DNA of 38,041 nt from an uncultured Clostridia bacterium (lineage in GTDB: Bacteria; Bacillota; Clostridia; Christensenellales; UBA1242). Below are positions 26,452 to 35,240 of this stretch, one piece after another. The notes beneath the pieces were generated by a model. It was not told where the DNA came from, did no database searches, and saw nothing but the letters and a program-made list of their open reading frames with translations. Position 1 is the stretch's first letter. The number at the start of each line of letters is the position of its first letter. Location of the stretch: contig CANPWT010000001.1 of NCBI GenBank assembly GCA_947584775.1, forward strand, positions 1-38,041, read 5' to 3'. The position numbers and the translations under genes were made by a program.

Positions 26452-26862
26452 TTATAAAATTAAGTCGTCCATAGTGCAATTAAAATATTTTGCCACATCC
26501 ATAACACACTGAACGCTTGGCTCAGTGCCGTTTTTCCAGCGCAACACATTGGCACGGGAAAAATGTAGGTCGCCACACAATTTTCTAAAAGAAATATTTT
26601 TTGCATTAACAAGGCTTTTCAAATTATTATAAAAATTATTTTGCTTGGTGTATGGCTTATAATTATTTTCATCACAAAACTTATAAATATAGTCTATTGA
26701 AACTTTTAAATAGTTTGCAATATTTTTTAGCGTGCCCAAACTAGGGTTGCGCTGTTTATATTTATAAAAAGTGTTTTTAGCAATAATGTTATTTTCAAAT
26801 AAATCATTTGTATTTTTGCCCAATTCTTCTAAAACATCTTTTACGGCATTAATAAAATTCAT
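26452..26862 (-). CDS. tandem helix-turn-helix (XRE-like) DNA-binding protein
   Basis: 136 aa with two HTH-like halves (NPSLGTLKNIANYLKVSIDYIY and ISFRKLCGDLHFSRANVLRWKNG). GAGGT SD. Starts 17 nt after the tyrS stop. Confidence 0.6.
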   Translation of the reverse strand: MNFINAVKDVLEELGKNTNDLFENNIIAKNTFYKYKQRNPSLGTLKNIANYLKVSIDYIYKFCDENNYKPYTKQNNFYNNLKSLVNAKNISFRKLCGDLHFSRANVLRWKNGTEPSVQCVMDVAKYFNCTMDDLIL

Positions 26863-26879
26863 ATTTACCTCTAATAAAA

Positions 26880-28109
26880 TTATTTTAACTTTATTAAAAG
26901 ATAGTTCTTTTTGCCTTTTTTAAATAAAATCCCGTGGGAGAGGCTGGCTTTGCTTATTTCGCTTTGTGGGTCGGTTATTAAAACGCCGTCCATGCTAAGG
27001 CCGTTTTGTTCAATCAGTCGCCTTGCTTCCCCTTTGCTGGAAACAAATTTTGCGGCCAAAACTAGGTCTAACACGCCAATTTTATCTTGGGTTAATTCAA
27101 GTTCAAAGGTTGGGGCATTGTCTTTATTAATGGTTTGGCTGTTAAACAAATTGTTGCTCATGCTTTGTGCGGTTATTGCGTCCTGCTCGCCACGAATAAA
27201 TTTTGTAATTTCGTACGCAAGTCTTTTTTTGCTGGCAACAATGTCTGACTTTATCATTGCGCGCACTTCGTTCATAGGGATGTCGGTAAACAGGGCAAAC
27301 ATCATTTCAACGCACGCGTCCGGCGTTTGATACACGCCCTGATAAAAATCGTATGCCGAAATTTTATCGTTATCAATCCAAATTGCGCCCTTTTCCGTTT
27401 TGCCCATTTTTTTGCCCTCTGGGGTTAGCAGTAATGGGTTGGTTGCGCCTATCATAACACGGTTTTGCCCGTCTATAAAATTCATTTTTCTGCCAAGTTC
27501 GCAGCCGGCAACAATGTTCCCCCATTGGTCAGCGCCGCCCCATTGCAAGTTGCAGCCATATTTTTTGTTTAAATACAAAAAGTCGTACGCCTGCATAAGC
27601 ATATAACCCATTTCAAAAAAGGTGAGCCCGCCCTCGGCAATTCGCTTTGCATAAATTTCGTTGGTTATCATTTTGTTAACATTGAAATGCACGCCAACAT
27701 CACGCATAAACGAAACATAATCGTAGCCATTAAACCAATCCGCATTATTCACAATTATGGCTGGGTTATCGCCATCAAAACGCAAAAATTTGCTGTACGC
27801 ACGCTTAATGCCGGCAATGTTTTGCTCTAATTGTTGCTTGGTTAACATTGGCCTCATGTCTGTTTTACCGGTAGGGTCGCCGATTGCAGCCGTGGCCCCG
27901 CCCACCAAAATTATAACTTTATGCCCGGCCTGCTGAAAACGCCTTAAAATGGTGCACGGAACACAATGCCCAATGTGCAAACTGTCCGCTGTTGGGTCAG
28001 TGCCTGAATATATGGTAACTTTGCCGTTATTTAATAGGTTTTTTAGCGTTTCCTCGTCCGTTGTTTGATATAATAAATTTCTTTCCTTTAATGTTTCAAA
28101 TAAATTCAT
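26880..28109 (-). CDS. tyrS: tyrosine--tRNA ligase
   Basis: Track ORF extends to 28136. Start moved to ATG 28109 (MNLFETLKERNLL) after a GAGGGG SD. HIGH motif (LHIGHCV), KMGKT (KMSKS) and a C-terminal S4 domain (GEARRLIEQNG). Confidence 0.93.
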   Translation of the reverse strand: MNLFETLKERNLLYQTTDEETLKNLLNNGKVTIYSGTDPTADSLHIGHCVPCTILRRFQQAGHKVIILVGGATAAIGDPTGKTDMRPMLTKQQLEQNIAGIKRAYSKFLRFDGDNPAIIVNNADWFNGYDYVSFMRDVGVHFNVNKMITNEIYAKRIAEGGLTFFEMGYMLMQAYDFLYLNKKYGCNLQWGGADQWGNIVAGCELGRKMNFIDGQNRVMIGATNPLLLTPEGKKMGKTEKGAIWIDNDKISAYDFYQGVYQTPDACVEMMFALFTDIPMNEVRAMIKSDIVASKKRLAYEITKFIRGEQDAITAQSMSNNLFNSQTINKDNAPTFELELTQDKIGVLDLVLAAKFVSSKGEARRLIEQNGLSMDGVLITDPQSEISKASLSHGILFKKGKKNYLLIKLK

Positions 28110-28117
28110 ATTCCCCT

Positions 28118-28888
28118 CTAATTTCGTGATTCCCACAAGTTGGTTATAAAGTTTTGCAGCATCCCGCCCTTAATTACATATTTGCCAAAAAGTTCATCAG
28201 TTTTGTTGTAAATTACGCGTTCAACATGTGTGTTGTTAACCACGCCGGTTTTAATAACATTGTTTGCCAGCGGCACAAGCGAAATTACAACCAAAACTAT
28301 GTTAATAATAACAATAATTAAAAACCCTTTCAGTGCGCCAAACACTAAGCCAAAAGCCTTGTTAACACCGCCCAAAACTTTGTTTTTAGTCAATTTTGAC
28401 AACACTGCGTTTAAAATTGCAAGTATAATTTTTAACAAAATAAATATCAACACGCCAGATATAACCACCACACAAATGTGGCCTAAACTTGCGCCAATTA
28501 GGCTTGCCACCGTTTTTGAAGAGGCCATATCAACATTGCTTTTAGAAATTACGCCTGTAATTAGCGTTTTTAATATGCCGTTAATGTTGCTATTTTTAAT
28601 TAAATCTATAATTTGTTCCTTGTTTTCAAACGAAGAAATTTGGTTGCCAAACCCTTCAACACCGTTAAAACTTAATGCAATTTTGTTGCCCAAAACGGTG
28701 GACAATTTAAACATTTTATCTAACAGCATTGCAACATATTTTGCGCAAAATATTGCAATTAGCAAGCAAACAATCCAACTAAAAAGCGAAAGGACAGATT
28801 TAAAAAACCCTTTTTTAAAGCCCACCAAGGCAAAAACCACCACCAAGGCCACTAAAACTACATCGATAACAACACCAACAACTTGCAT
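28118..28888 (-). CDS. cvpA: CvpA-family membrane protein
   Basis: N-terminus DVVLVALVVVFALVGFKKGFFKSVLSLFSWIV is typical of colicin V production protein family members. AGAGGT SD. Confidence 0.75.
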   Translation of the reverse strand: MQVVGVVIDVVLVALVVVFALVGFKKGFFKSVLSLFSWIVCLLIAIFCAKYVAMLLDKMFKLSTVLGNKIALSFNGVEGFGNQISSFENKEQIIDLIKNSNINGILKTLITGVISKSNVDMASSKTVASLIGASLGHICVVVISGVLIFILLKIILAILNAVLSKLTKNKVLGGVNKAFGLVFGALKGFLIIVIINIVLVVISLVPLANNVIKTGVVNNTHVERVIYNKTDELFGKYVIKGGMLQNFITNLWESRN

Positions 28889-29088
28889 ATTTACCTCTTT
28901 GTTAATATATCACAAATTCAGAATTTTGTAAAGATATTAACCAAATTTGAAACAAATTAAAATATTTGCAAATTCAAAAAACGCCAAAAAAGTGTAAATT
29001 ATTAAAAAAAATTAAAAAATCAAACTTCATATTGCGGTTTTAAATTAATTAAAGTATATAAAAATAGTTGTAAACAATTGGAAATTAT

Positions 29089-29117
29089 TTGTTAATATTA
29101 AATTCTTGTGATATAAT
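29089..29117 (+). promoter_or_regulatory. ftsH promoter (leadered)
   Basis: TTGTTA (29089-29094), 17 nt, TGaTATAAT (-10 at 29112-29117). GAGG SD at 29128-29131, ATG at 29137. Confidence 0.6.
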
Positions 29118-29136
29118 AATTACTATTGAGGTATAT

Positions 29137-31347
29137 ATGGTAAATAAAAAGAAAAACAGTTGGAAAACAATTTTAATATACACTTTGGTTATCTTGCTAT
29201 GCTTGGGTCTTGTGTATTGGATTTTTGCCCGCAACGACACCAGCAAACAAATTTCTTACACCGAATTTCAAGAGTTAGTGTTAGACGGCAAGGTTGCGGA
29301 AGTTGATATTTATGGCTACACCGCCCGGGTGAGGAAAGTGGACGGCGTGCCAGAAAAAAATTTCCCAAACAAAGTGGACGCATATTTCACTTTTATGAGC
29401 ATAACTGAACTTAAAGATTTTATTAACGAATACAATTACTTAAAAGATGTAGACGGCAACTTTGTCGTGGACGAAGTAACAGGCAACAGGCAACTTATTG
29501 AAACGCCAATTATTGTTAACGAACAATACGAGCAGGAATCTTGGTTTAGTGCAATTCTTCCATATTTAAGCGTTATTATGGTGTTTGTGCTTGGCATATT
29601 TTTATTTAAAAGCATGTCGGGCAGCAGCAAGGGCTTTGGCTTTGGCAAATCAAAAGCAAGGTTGGTTGTATCGTCCTCGGTAAGGTTTTCAGATGTTGCC
29701 GGTGCGGATGAAGAAAAACAAGAATTGCAAGAAATTGTTGCGTTTTTAAAAAATCCAACCAGGTTTACCGAATTGGGCGCAAGGATTCCAAAAGGCGTTT
29801 TGCTTGTAGGCCCTCCTGGCACGGGTAAAACCTTGCTTGCAAAGGCAGTTGCGGGCGAAAGTAAAGTTCCATTTTTCAGCATTTCGGGCAGCGATTTTGT
29901 TGAATTGTATGTAGGCGTGGGCGCAAGCCGTGTGCGTGATTTATTTGAAAGCGCAAAATTAAACGCTCCTTGCATTGTGTTTATTGATGAAATAGACGCA
30001 GTGGGCAGGCAGCGTGGCGCAGGCATGGGCGGCGGCAATGACGAGCGTGAACAAACCTTAAACCAACTTTTAGTTGAAATGGACGGCTTTGAAACCAACA
30101 GCGGCATAATAGTTTTGGCGGCAACAAACCGTGCAGACGTGCTAGACCCAGCCCTAACCAGGCCAGGCCGTTTTGATAGGCAAATTTATGTTCATCTTCC
30201 AGATGTAAAAGGCAGGGAAGAAATTATTAAAGTTCACGCTAAAAACAAACCATTAAGTGATGATGTAGACGTCAAGCGCATTGCAAGGCTAACAAGCGGG
30301 CTTGCAGGCGCAGACATTGAAAATGTGTTAAACGAGGCGGCCTTGCTTGCTGCACGCGACAACCGTTATAAAATCACCATGGTAGATATTCAAGAGGGCT
30401 TAAACAAAGCATTAATGGGCCCTAAAAAGGTTAGCAAAGTTATAACCGAACAAGATAAACACATAACCGCAATCCACGAGGCGGGGCACGCAATAATTGC
30501 TCAAACCTTACCTAATTGCGACAATGTTCAAGAAATTTCAATTATTCCGCGCGGGGCAGCCGGCGGCTACACTTTAACCTTTGACGAAAATGACCGCGCA
30601 TACACAACAAAACAAAAATTGCTAGACACAATTGTTATGATGTTGGGCGGCAGAACAGCGGAAGAAATTATGTTAAAGGACATTACCACGGGCGCATCTA
30701 ACGATATTGACCGAGCAACTAAAGTTGCGCGCAAAATGGTTAGCGAGTGGGGCATGTCGGACAAACTTGGCCTTATAAGTTTTGGCGAAGGGGAAGAAAT
30801 TTTTGTTGGCAAAAACTATCAAAAACAACTTTCATACAGCCAGGAAATGGCACATGAAATCGATTTAGAAGTTAAACGAATTATCAACACCGCGCACGAG
30901 CGTGCTTTAAAAATATTGCAAGAAAAAGCGGACATTTTAAAGAAAGTTGAACAAATTTTATTGGAAAAAGAAACCATTTACCAAGAAGAGTTCGAAATGA
31001 TTTATTCGGGCGCAAGCGTGGAAGAAGTTGTAAAAGCCATTGATAAAAAGGAAAAGGAAAAACAAATTTATCAAGAAAAGGCTAAAAAGGAAGCGCTAGA
31101 GGAGCATAAAACCCGCGATATTAAATCCAGGATTGCAACCGCCGAGGCGTTGGAAAAAGCGGGCGTAATTTCTAAAAAAGATTTAGAAAAAATTAAAGCG
31201 GAAGCCAATGCGGAATTCGAGGCGTTAAAACAAGCACAAGCCAAAGCAGAAAATGAGGCCAAGGCGGAAGCGCCAACCGAAGACAATAAAAAGCAAACCG
31301 AAGCAAAAGACAATAAAAAGCCAACTGATGAAGACAAAAACAAATAA
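29137..31347 (+). CDS. ftsH: ATP-dependent zinc metalloprotease FtsH with about 110-aa K/E/A-rich C-terminal tail
   Basis: Track ORF 29089..31347. Start moved to ATG 29137. [41 protein letters not shown] and HEAGHAI. Confidence 0.95.
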   Translation: MVNKKKNSWKTILIYTLVILLCLGLVYWIFARNDTSKQISYTEFQELVLDGKVAEVDIYGYTARVRKVDGVPEKNFPNKVDAYFTFMSITELKDFINEYNYLKDVDGNFVVDEVTGNRQLIETPIIVNEQYEQESWFSAILPYLSVIMVFVLGIFLFKSMSGSSKGFGFGKSKARLVVSSSVRFSDVAGADEEKQELQEIVAFLKNPTRFTELGARIPKGVLLVGPPGTGKTLLAKAVAGESKVPFFSISGSDFVELYVGVGASRVRDLFESAKLNAPCIVFIDEIDAVGRQRGAGMGGGNDEREQTLNQLLVEMDGFETNSGIIVLAATNRADVLDPALTRPGRFDRQIYVHLPDVKGREEIIKVHAKNKPLSDDVDVKRIARLTSGLAGADIENVLNEAALLAARDNRYKITMVDIQEGLNKALMGPKKVSKVITEQDKHITAIHEAGHAIIAQTLPNCDNVQEISIIPRGAAGGYTLTFDENDRAYTTKQKLLDTIVMMLGGRTAEEIMLKDITTGASNDIDRATKVARKMVSEWGMSDKLGLISFGEGEEIFVGKNYQKQLSYSQEMAHEIDLEVKRIINTAHERALKILQEKADILKKVEQILLEKETIYQEEFEMIYSGASVEEVVKAIDKKEKEKQIYQEKAKKEALEEHKTRDIKSRIATAEALEKAGVISKKDLEKIKAEANAEFEALKQAQAKAENEAKAEAPTEDNKKQTEAKDNKKPTDEDKNK

Positions 31348-31398
31348 TTTACTTTACTAATTTTTAAAAATTTTGTAAAATACAATTGGAGGAACATT

Positions 31399-31626
31399 AT
31401 GGAAGAAAAAATTAAAGCCCTTATTGCAGAAAAATTAGGCAAAAAAAAGGAAACTATAACCCTTAACTCTCGCCTTGTTGAAGATTTAGGCGCAGATAGT
31501 TTGGATGTTGTTGAACTTGTTATGGCTTTTGAAGATGAATTTAATATTAGTTTGCCCGATGAAGAAGTTGCTAAAATGAAAACAGTAGGGGACGCTGTAA
31601 ACTATCTTAAATCAATAAAAAAATAA
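31399..31626 (+). CDS. acpP: acyl carrier protein
   Basis: GGAGG SD. LGADSLDVVELVMAFEDEF contains the phosphopantetheine Ser (DSL). 75 aa. Confidence 0.92.
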   Translation: MEEKIKALIAEKLGKKKETITLNSRLVEDLGADSLDVVELVMAFEDEFNISLPDEEVAKMKTVGDAVNYLKSIKK

Positions 31627-31631
31627 ATTAA

Positions 31632-31657
31632 GCAGCCTTTAATGGCTGTTTTTTTTA
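31632..31657 (+). terminator. intrinsic terminator after acpP
   Basis: Stem CAGCC/GGCTG, loop TTTAAT, T8. Confidence 0.8.
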
Positions 31658-31781
31658 CGCTAAAATTTAATTTATTTTTAAAAATTTAATAAAAAAAGTT
31701 AAAGATTTAACAAAAAAACATAAAATTAATTATATTTTTTTAATTTTTGCCAAATTATTTGCGTTAATAAAAATTTTTATT

Positions 31782-31790
31782 TGTTAAAAT
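31782..31790 (+). promoter_or_regulatory. extended -10 element abutting ATG 31797 (predicted leaderless)
   Basis: TGtTAAAAT, then 6 nt (TGGAGT), then the ATG. The GGAG is only 1 nt from the ATG, too close to act as an SD. No good -35. Confidence 0.45.
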
Positions 31791-31796
31791 TGGAGT

Positions 31797-32735
31797 ATGA
31801 AAATTTGTAAGTTAACCGAACTTAATTCAATAATAGAGGCAAAGGCAAAATATCAAAAAGTTATGCTTATTTATGATGATTCTGCTTCGCCTACACAAAT
31901 AAACGAAATATATTACAATTTAAAACAAATTTGCGTTTTTAATAAAATTAAAGCAGGCGAAAATAATTTAGATATTTACAATGGCTACCGCGCAGTTATT
32001 TATTTATGCACGGCTGATAGTTTTATTAAATTAAACATAGATACTAACGAATTTATTAACATTTTTATACCACAAGATAATGCCATTTTGCCATATGTTA
32101 TGGACAAAAATTTTTACATTTGCAAAGCGGAATCCTATTTGTTAACCGATAAAATTTCATCGGACGAAAACATTACAATCAGCCTGCTTTTTAACGAATA
32201 TTTTAATTATTTAATGAGCCTTGTAAACTGCGAGGAGTTCAATTTAAACTTAAATTTTTCTTCCAATTTAACCATAACTCAAACCCTAAACTTACTTTCC
32301 TCCCTGCCAAGCAATTTGCGTTTTTACGATATTGAATTAATTTCTAAGGCTAACATTGATTACAAAATGTTGCCGATTGTGGATTATTTGTTAATTGCAG
32401 CCTTTTACACTGTTACAAAATCTATTCAGCAAAACAATTTAACCATTGTTGATAGTTACAAAGCGTTTAAAGACGATTATGCGCAAATAGACAAATATTT
32501 TTCGCTGTGTTCAAACAATGTTTTGTTGGAATTAATTAAATTAAATTTTAGTTGCCTGAACAGCGTTTGCGAACGCGTTAAAGATATGATTTTGCAAAAT
32601 TTAACCCTGCCTTTTACTTTTTTTGGCGCAAATGACGCTAATTTAAAAGATGTCAGTTTAAAATTAAAAAATTTTTGCAAAAATAGCAATAATTTATTTG
32701 CGTATTTATATTTATATAACATTTTTTCCGTTTAA
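31797..32735 (+). CDS. hypothetical protein (N/I/L/K-rich, low GC)
   Basis: 312-aa uninterrupted ORF with no motif I can recognise. The N-terminus (KVMLIYDD...AVIYLCTADSFIK) vaguely resembles a glycine-motif-less DHQS/Fe-ADH-like fold. That resemblance is speculative. Confidence 0.45.
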   Translation: MKICKLTELNSIIEAKAKYQKVMLIYDDSASPTQINEIYYNLKQICVFNKIKAGENNLDIYNGYRAVIYLCTADSFIKLNIDTNEFINIFIPQDNAILPYVMDKNFYICKAESYLLTDKISSDENITISLLFNEYFNYLMSLVNCEEFNLNLNFSSNLTITQTLNLLSSLPSNLRFYDIELISKANIDYKMLPIVDYLLIAAFYTVTKSIQQNNLTIVDSYKAFKDDYAQIDKYFSLCSNNVLLELIKLNFSCLNSVCERVKDMILQNLTLPFTFFGANDANLKDVSLKLKNFCKNSNNLFAYLYLYNIFSV

Positions 32736-32782
32736 ATTTAAAAAAATGTTTAATTTGTTCAATTTAAGGCAACAATTTAAAC

Positions 32783-33190
32783 ATGAAAAAGTTGTTTATC
32801 ATTATAGTTTTATTTTTAATTTTAATTTGCAACATCCAACCCAAAGCCGATTTTAGCCTACTAGATTATTTTGATGGCGAATACACCGTCTATTCAAATT
32901 CGGGCGAGGGCGTAAATTTAGGTTTTTGTTATATGTCGTCCAAGCCGGTAGATAACAAAATGGGGGAAAGTTTAAAAATAGAAAATTGCTTGCCCTCAGC
33001 TGCACTTACAAAATTAAATGCAAAAGTTGTTAAAACCGAATATCTGCAAACAGGCGCAAGCGTAATTTATGCATATTCAAATAAAATAGCCAACAGTGTG
33101 GAAGTAAACAATAATAAAGTTAACTTGCAATTGGCTTGTTATGATGATTATTTTATCATTGGTTGGCCGCTTATAATGGGCAGTTTTTAA
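32783..33190 (+). CDS. secreted hypothetical protein
   Basis: 135 aa with a signal peptide (MKKLFIIIVLFLILICNIQPKA). No SD or promoter identified. Confidence 0.5.
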   Translation: MKKLFIIIVLFLILICNIQPKADFSLLDYFDGEYTVYSNSGEGVNLGFCYMSSKPVDNKMGESLKIENCLPSAALTKLNAKVVKTEYLQTGASVIYAYSNKIANSVEVNNNKVNLQLACYDDYFIIGWPLIMGSF

Positions 33191-33211
33191 AAGGCGTTAA
33201 AGCCTTTTTTT
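33191..33211 (+). terminator. intrinsic terminator
   Basis: Stem AAGGC/GCCTT, 6-nt loop, T7. Confidence 0.7.
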
Positions 33212-33395
33212 GTTTAAAATACGCGCGTTAAACGGTTTAAAAATTATGGTTTCTTAATAAAATTTTAAGTAAAAAATAATAAAACAAATAAAAAAATTAA
33301 AAAAATAAGCAAAAATGGCCGTTTTAAGAGCAAATTTTTAAAATTTTTTGTTTAACTTTAAAATTTTTGGCAAACATCATGTGTGAGGAGGAAAT

Positions 33396-33980
33396 ATGAA
33401 CAAACCAAAAACAGAACAAAAGAAAAAAGTGTTAAATGTGCTTTATGCAACCATTATTGGCTTACTTATTATTGCTTGCGCGGTTACCATTGCAATTGTT
33501 GGTGCAAATAAAAATCGTACCACGCTAAATGTTGGCGATGACGAGATTGTGGTGTCCGGAAATACTTACATCTTACCAATGCAAGGCGCAACAGTGGTTA
33601 AAGATTATTCGGCAACAGAATTGCAATTTAACGACACATTAAAACAATGGGAAATTCATAAAGGTGTAGATTTTATTCCGGGCGAAAATAGTAATGTGTT
33701 TGCAGTAAAAAGCGGAACAGTAACAAAAGTTTACACCGACTATATGGAAGGCACAGTGGTGGAAATTACCCACGATGACGGCATGGTTTCTGTTTACAAA
33801 TCATTAAACAAAGAACTTAATGTTGCTGTAAATTCACGCGTGGTTGCAGGCGCTGTTATTGGCAAAGTTGACGAAAGCATGGCGCAAGAACTTGCAACCG
33901 GCCCACACCTTCATTTTGAATTGCTTTTAAATGGTGCAAAAGTAGACCCTAACAACTATTTATCACTTGGCAATAAATAA
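33396..33980 (+). CDS. M23-family peptidoglycan metalloendopeptidase (membrane-anchored)
   Basis: GGAGG SD and an N-terminal TM. HKGVDF (HxxxD) and GPHLHFELL (HxH). Confidence 0.88.
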   Translation: MNKPKTEQKKKVLNVLYATIIGLLIIACAVTIAIVGANKNRTTLNVGDDEIVVSGNTYILPMQGATVVKDYSATELQFNDTLKQWEIHKGVDFIPGENSNVFAVKSGTVTKVYTDYMEGTVVEITHDDGMVSVYKSLNKELNVAVNSRVVAGAVIGKVDESMAQELATGPHLHFELLLNGAKVDPNNYLSLGNK

Positions 33981-33985
33981 AAATT

Positions 33986-34009
33986 CCACGGCCAACCCGT
34001 GGTTTTTTT
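33986..34009 (+). terminator. intrinsic terminator after the M23 gene
   Basis: Stem CCACGG/CCGTGG, loop CCAAC, T7. Confidence 0.85.
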
Positions 34010-34066
34010 ATAACTAAAATTTACTTTAAAAAATTTAAAAAATGATAAAAATAATATAAAATTATT

Positions 34067-34098
34067 AAAAAAATAAATAAAAAATATTAAAAAATTAA
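34067..34098 (+). repeat. 32-nt direct repeat, copy 1
   Basis: AAAAAAATAAATAAAAAATATTAAAAAATTAA. It matches 34274-34305 at 31 of 32 positions, with 25 nt exact. Confidence 0.6.
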
Positions 34099-34273
34099 AA
34101 AATTTTTAATTAATTTATAATTTTTTTATGAATTTTAATTATATTTGTTAGGGAATTAATAATTGACTTTAAATAATACATTAAATTAAAAATAAGTTAA
34201 ACCTATTTAATGGCTATATAAAAATAAAAATTAAAAAAATTTAAAATTTTATCAAAAAACAATAAAAATAATA

Positions 34274-34305
34274 AAAAAAGTAAATAAAAAATATTAAAAA
34301 ATTAA
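34274..34305 (+). repeat. 32-nt direct repeat, copy 2
   Basis: AAAAAAGTAAATAAAAAATATTAAAAAATTAA, 207 nt downstream of copy 1. Confidence 0.6.
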
Positions 34306-34381
34306 TCTTTTTTAAATATTAATTATTTTTTATTAAATTTTTTAAATAAGTATGTTAAAATTTAAATAAAATATAAAAAAT

Positions 34382-34403
34382 AAAAAAACCGCATTAAGCG
34401 GTT
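34382..34403 (-). terminator. intrinsic terminator after the TasA-like gene
   Basis: Stem AACCGC/GCGGTT, loop ATTAA. There is a T-run on the minus strand. Confidence 0.85.
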
Positions 34404-34406
34404 ATT

Positions 34407-35117
34407 TTAATATTCGTCATTATTAATTGGTTGTTGGTTAATGATGTGTTCATCAAAGTATGGGGCATAATTGTTGTTATATAATTCATCATTGCTGTAA
34501 TATGGCCCAAATTGATGGTCATCTAACATTATTGTAACCGGGGAATATTGATTTAACCACTCGGATGGGGCGGTGGACCAAACTGAATTTGCTGCATTAT
34601 TTGCTGCCTGAATTGTTTCAACAATAACTTCAACAGTAAAGGTTTTGTTTGCGTCCTCATTGGTTAGTGTAGTTGGCACGGTTATGCTGGTAACAAAGTC
34701 GATTTTGTTGTTTGCGTTAACTTTGCCGTTGTAGTAATAGTAATTGTCTTCACCTTCTTGCCAACTTTCGGTGGTTTGTGCTTCCACATTTTTAGAAGCG
34801 CCTTCCGTGTTGGTTATGGTTAGTTTAGCGCGCATTAACGCCTCGGTCATTGTTGCAGGCGCAGAAATTCCAATAGATTGGTCATAAACAGTGCCAGGCA
34901 ATGCTTTGCCGTCAAAAGTGAGCGATTGTGCCACTGCTCCGCCTTGCGTAATTTGAATGTTGACCGGGTCACCCAAACTGATTTGACCGGTAACATTATT
35001 AGATGAGGTGAAGTAGGCTAGGGTGATGCCTATTGCAAGGCTGGCTATAAGCAACACAGATAGCACAATTATTGCAATTGTTGCTCCAGAAATTGATTTT
35101 TTATTTGATTGTTCCAT
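34407..35117 (-). CDS. TasA/camelysin-like secreted protein with SipW-dependent-type signal peptide
   Basis: AAGGAG SD. The N-terminus (SGATIAIIVLSVLLIASLAIGITLAYFTSS) carries the (T/A)LAYF(T/S) motif characteristic of SipW-cognate signal peptides. Confidence 0.7.
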   Translation of the reverse strand: MEQSNKKSISGATIAIIVLSVLLIASLAIGITLAYFTSSNNVTGQISLGDPVNIQITQGGAVAQSLTFDGKALPGTVYDQSIGISAPATMTEALMRAKLTITNTEGASKNVEAQTTESWQEGEDNYYYYNGKVNANNKIDFVTSITVPTTLTNEDANKTFTVEVIVETIQAANNAANSVWSTAPSEWLNQYSPVTIMLDDHQFGPYYSNDELYNNNYAPYFDEHIINQQPINNDEY

Positions 35118-35213
35118 AAATTCTCCTTTAATTTACAAACTTATTTTGCGAACTAAAAAAAAATTTATTCTAATTTACAAAAAATAAATTTACAATTTTA
35201 AAAATTAAAATTA

Positions 35214-35240
35214 TAAAAAAAGTGGGAGCAATTTCCCACT
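35214..35240 (-). terminator. intrinsic terminator after the PrsA-like gene
   Basis: Stem AGTGGGA/TCCCACT, 6-nt loop. There is a T-run on the minus strand. The stem touches the stop codon. Confidence 0.8.

Larger units (their letters stand above)
34010..34381. repeat. AT-rich non-coding desert with helically phased A-tracts (A-rich on + strand)
   Basis: A-tracts start at 34028, 34037, 34047, 34058, 34067, 34079, 34089 and 34097 (spacing 8-12, mean about 9.9). A second run spans 34220-34301. The region lies between terminators of convergent genes. Confidence 0.7.
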
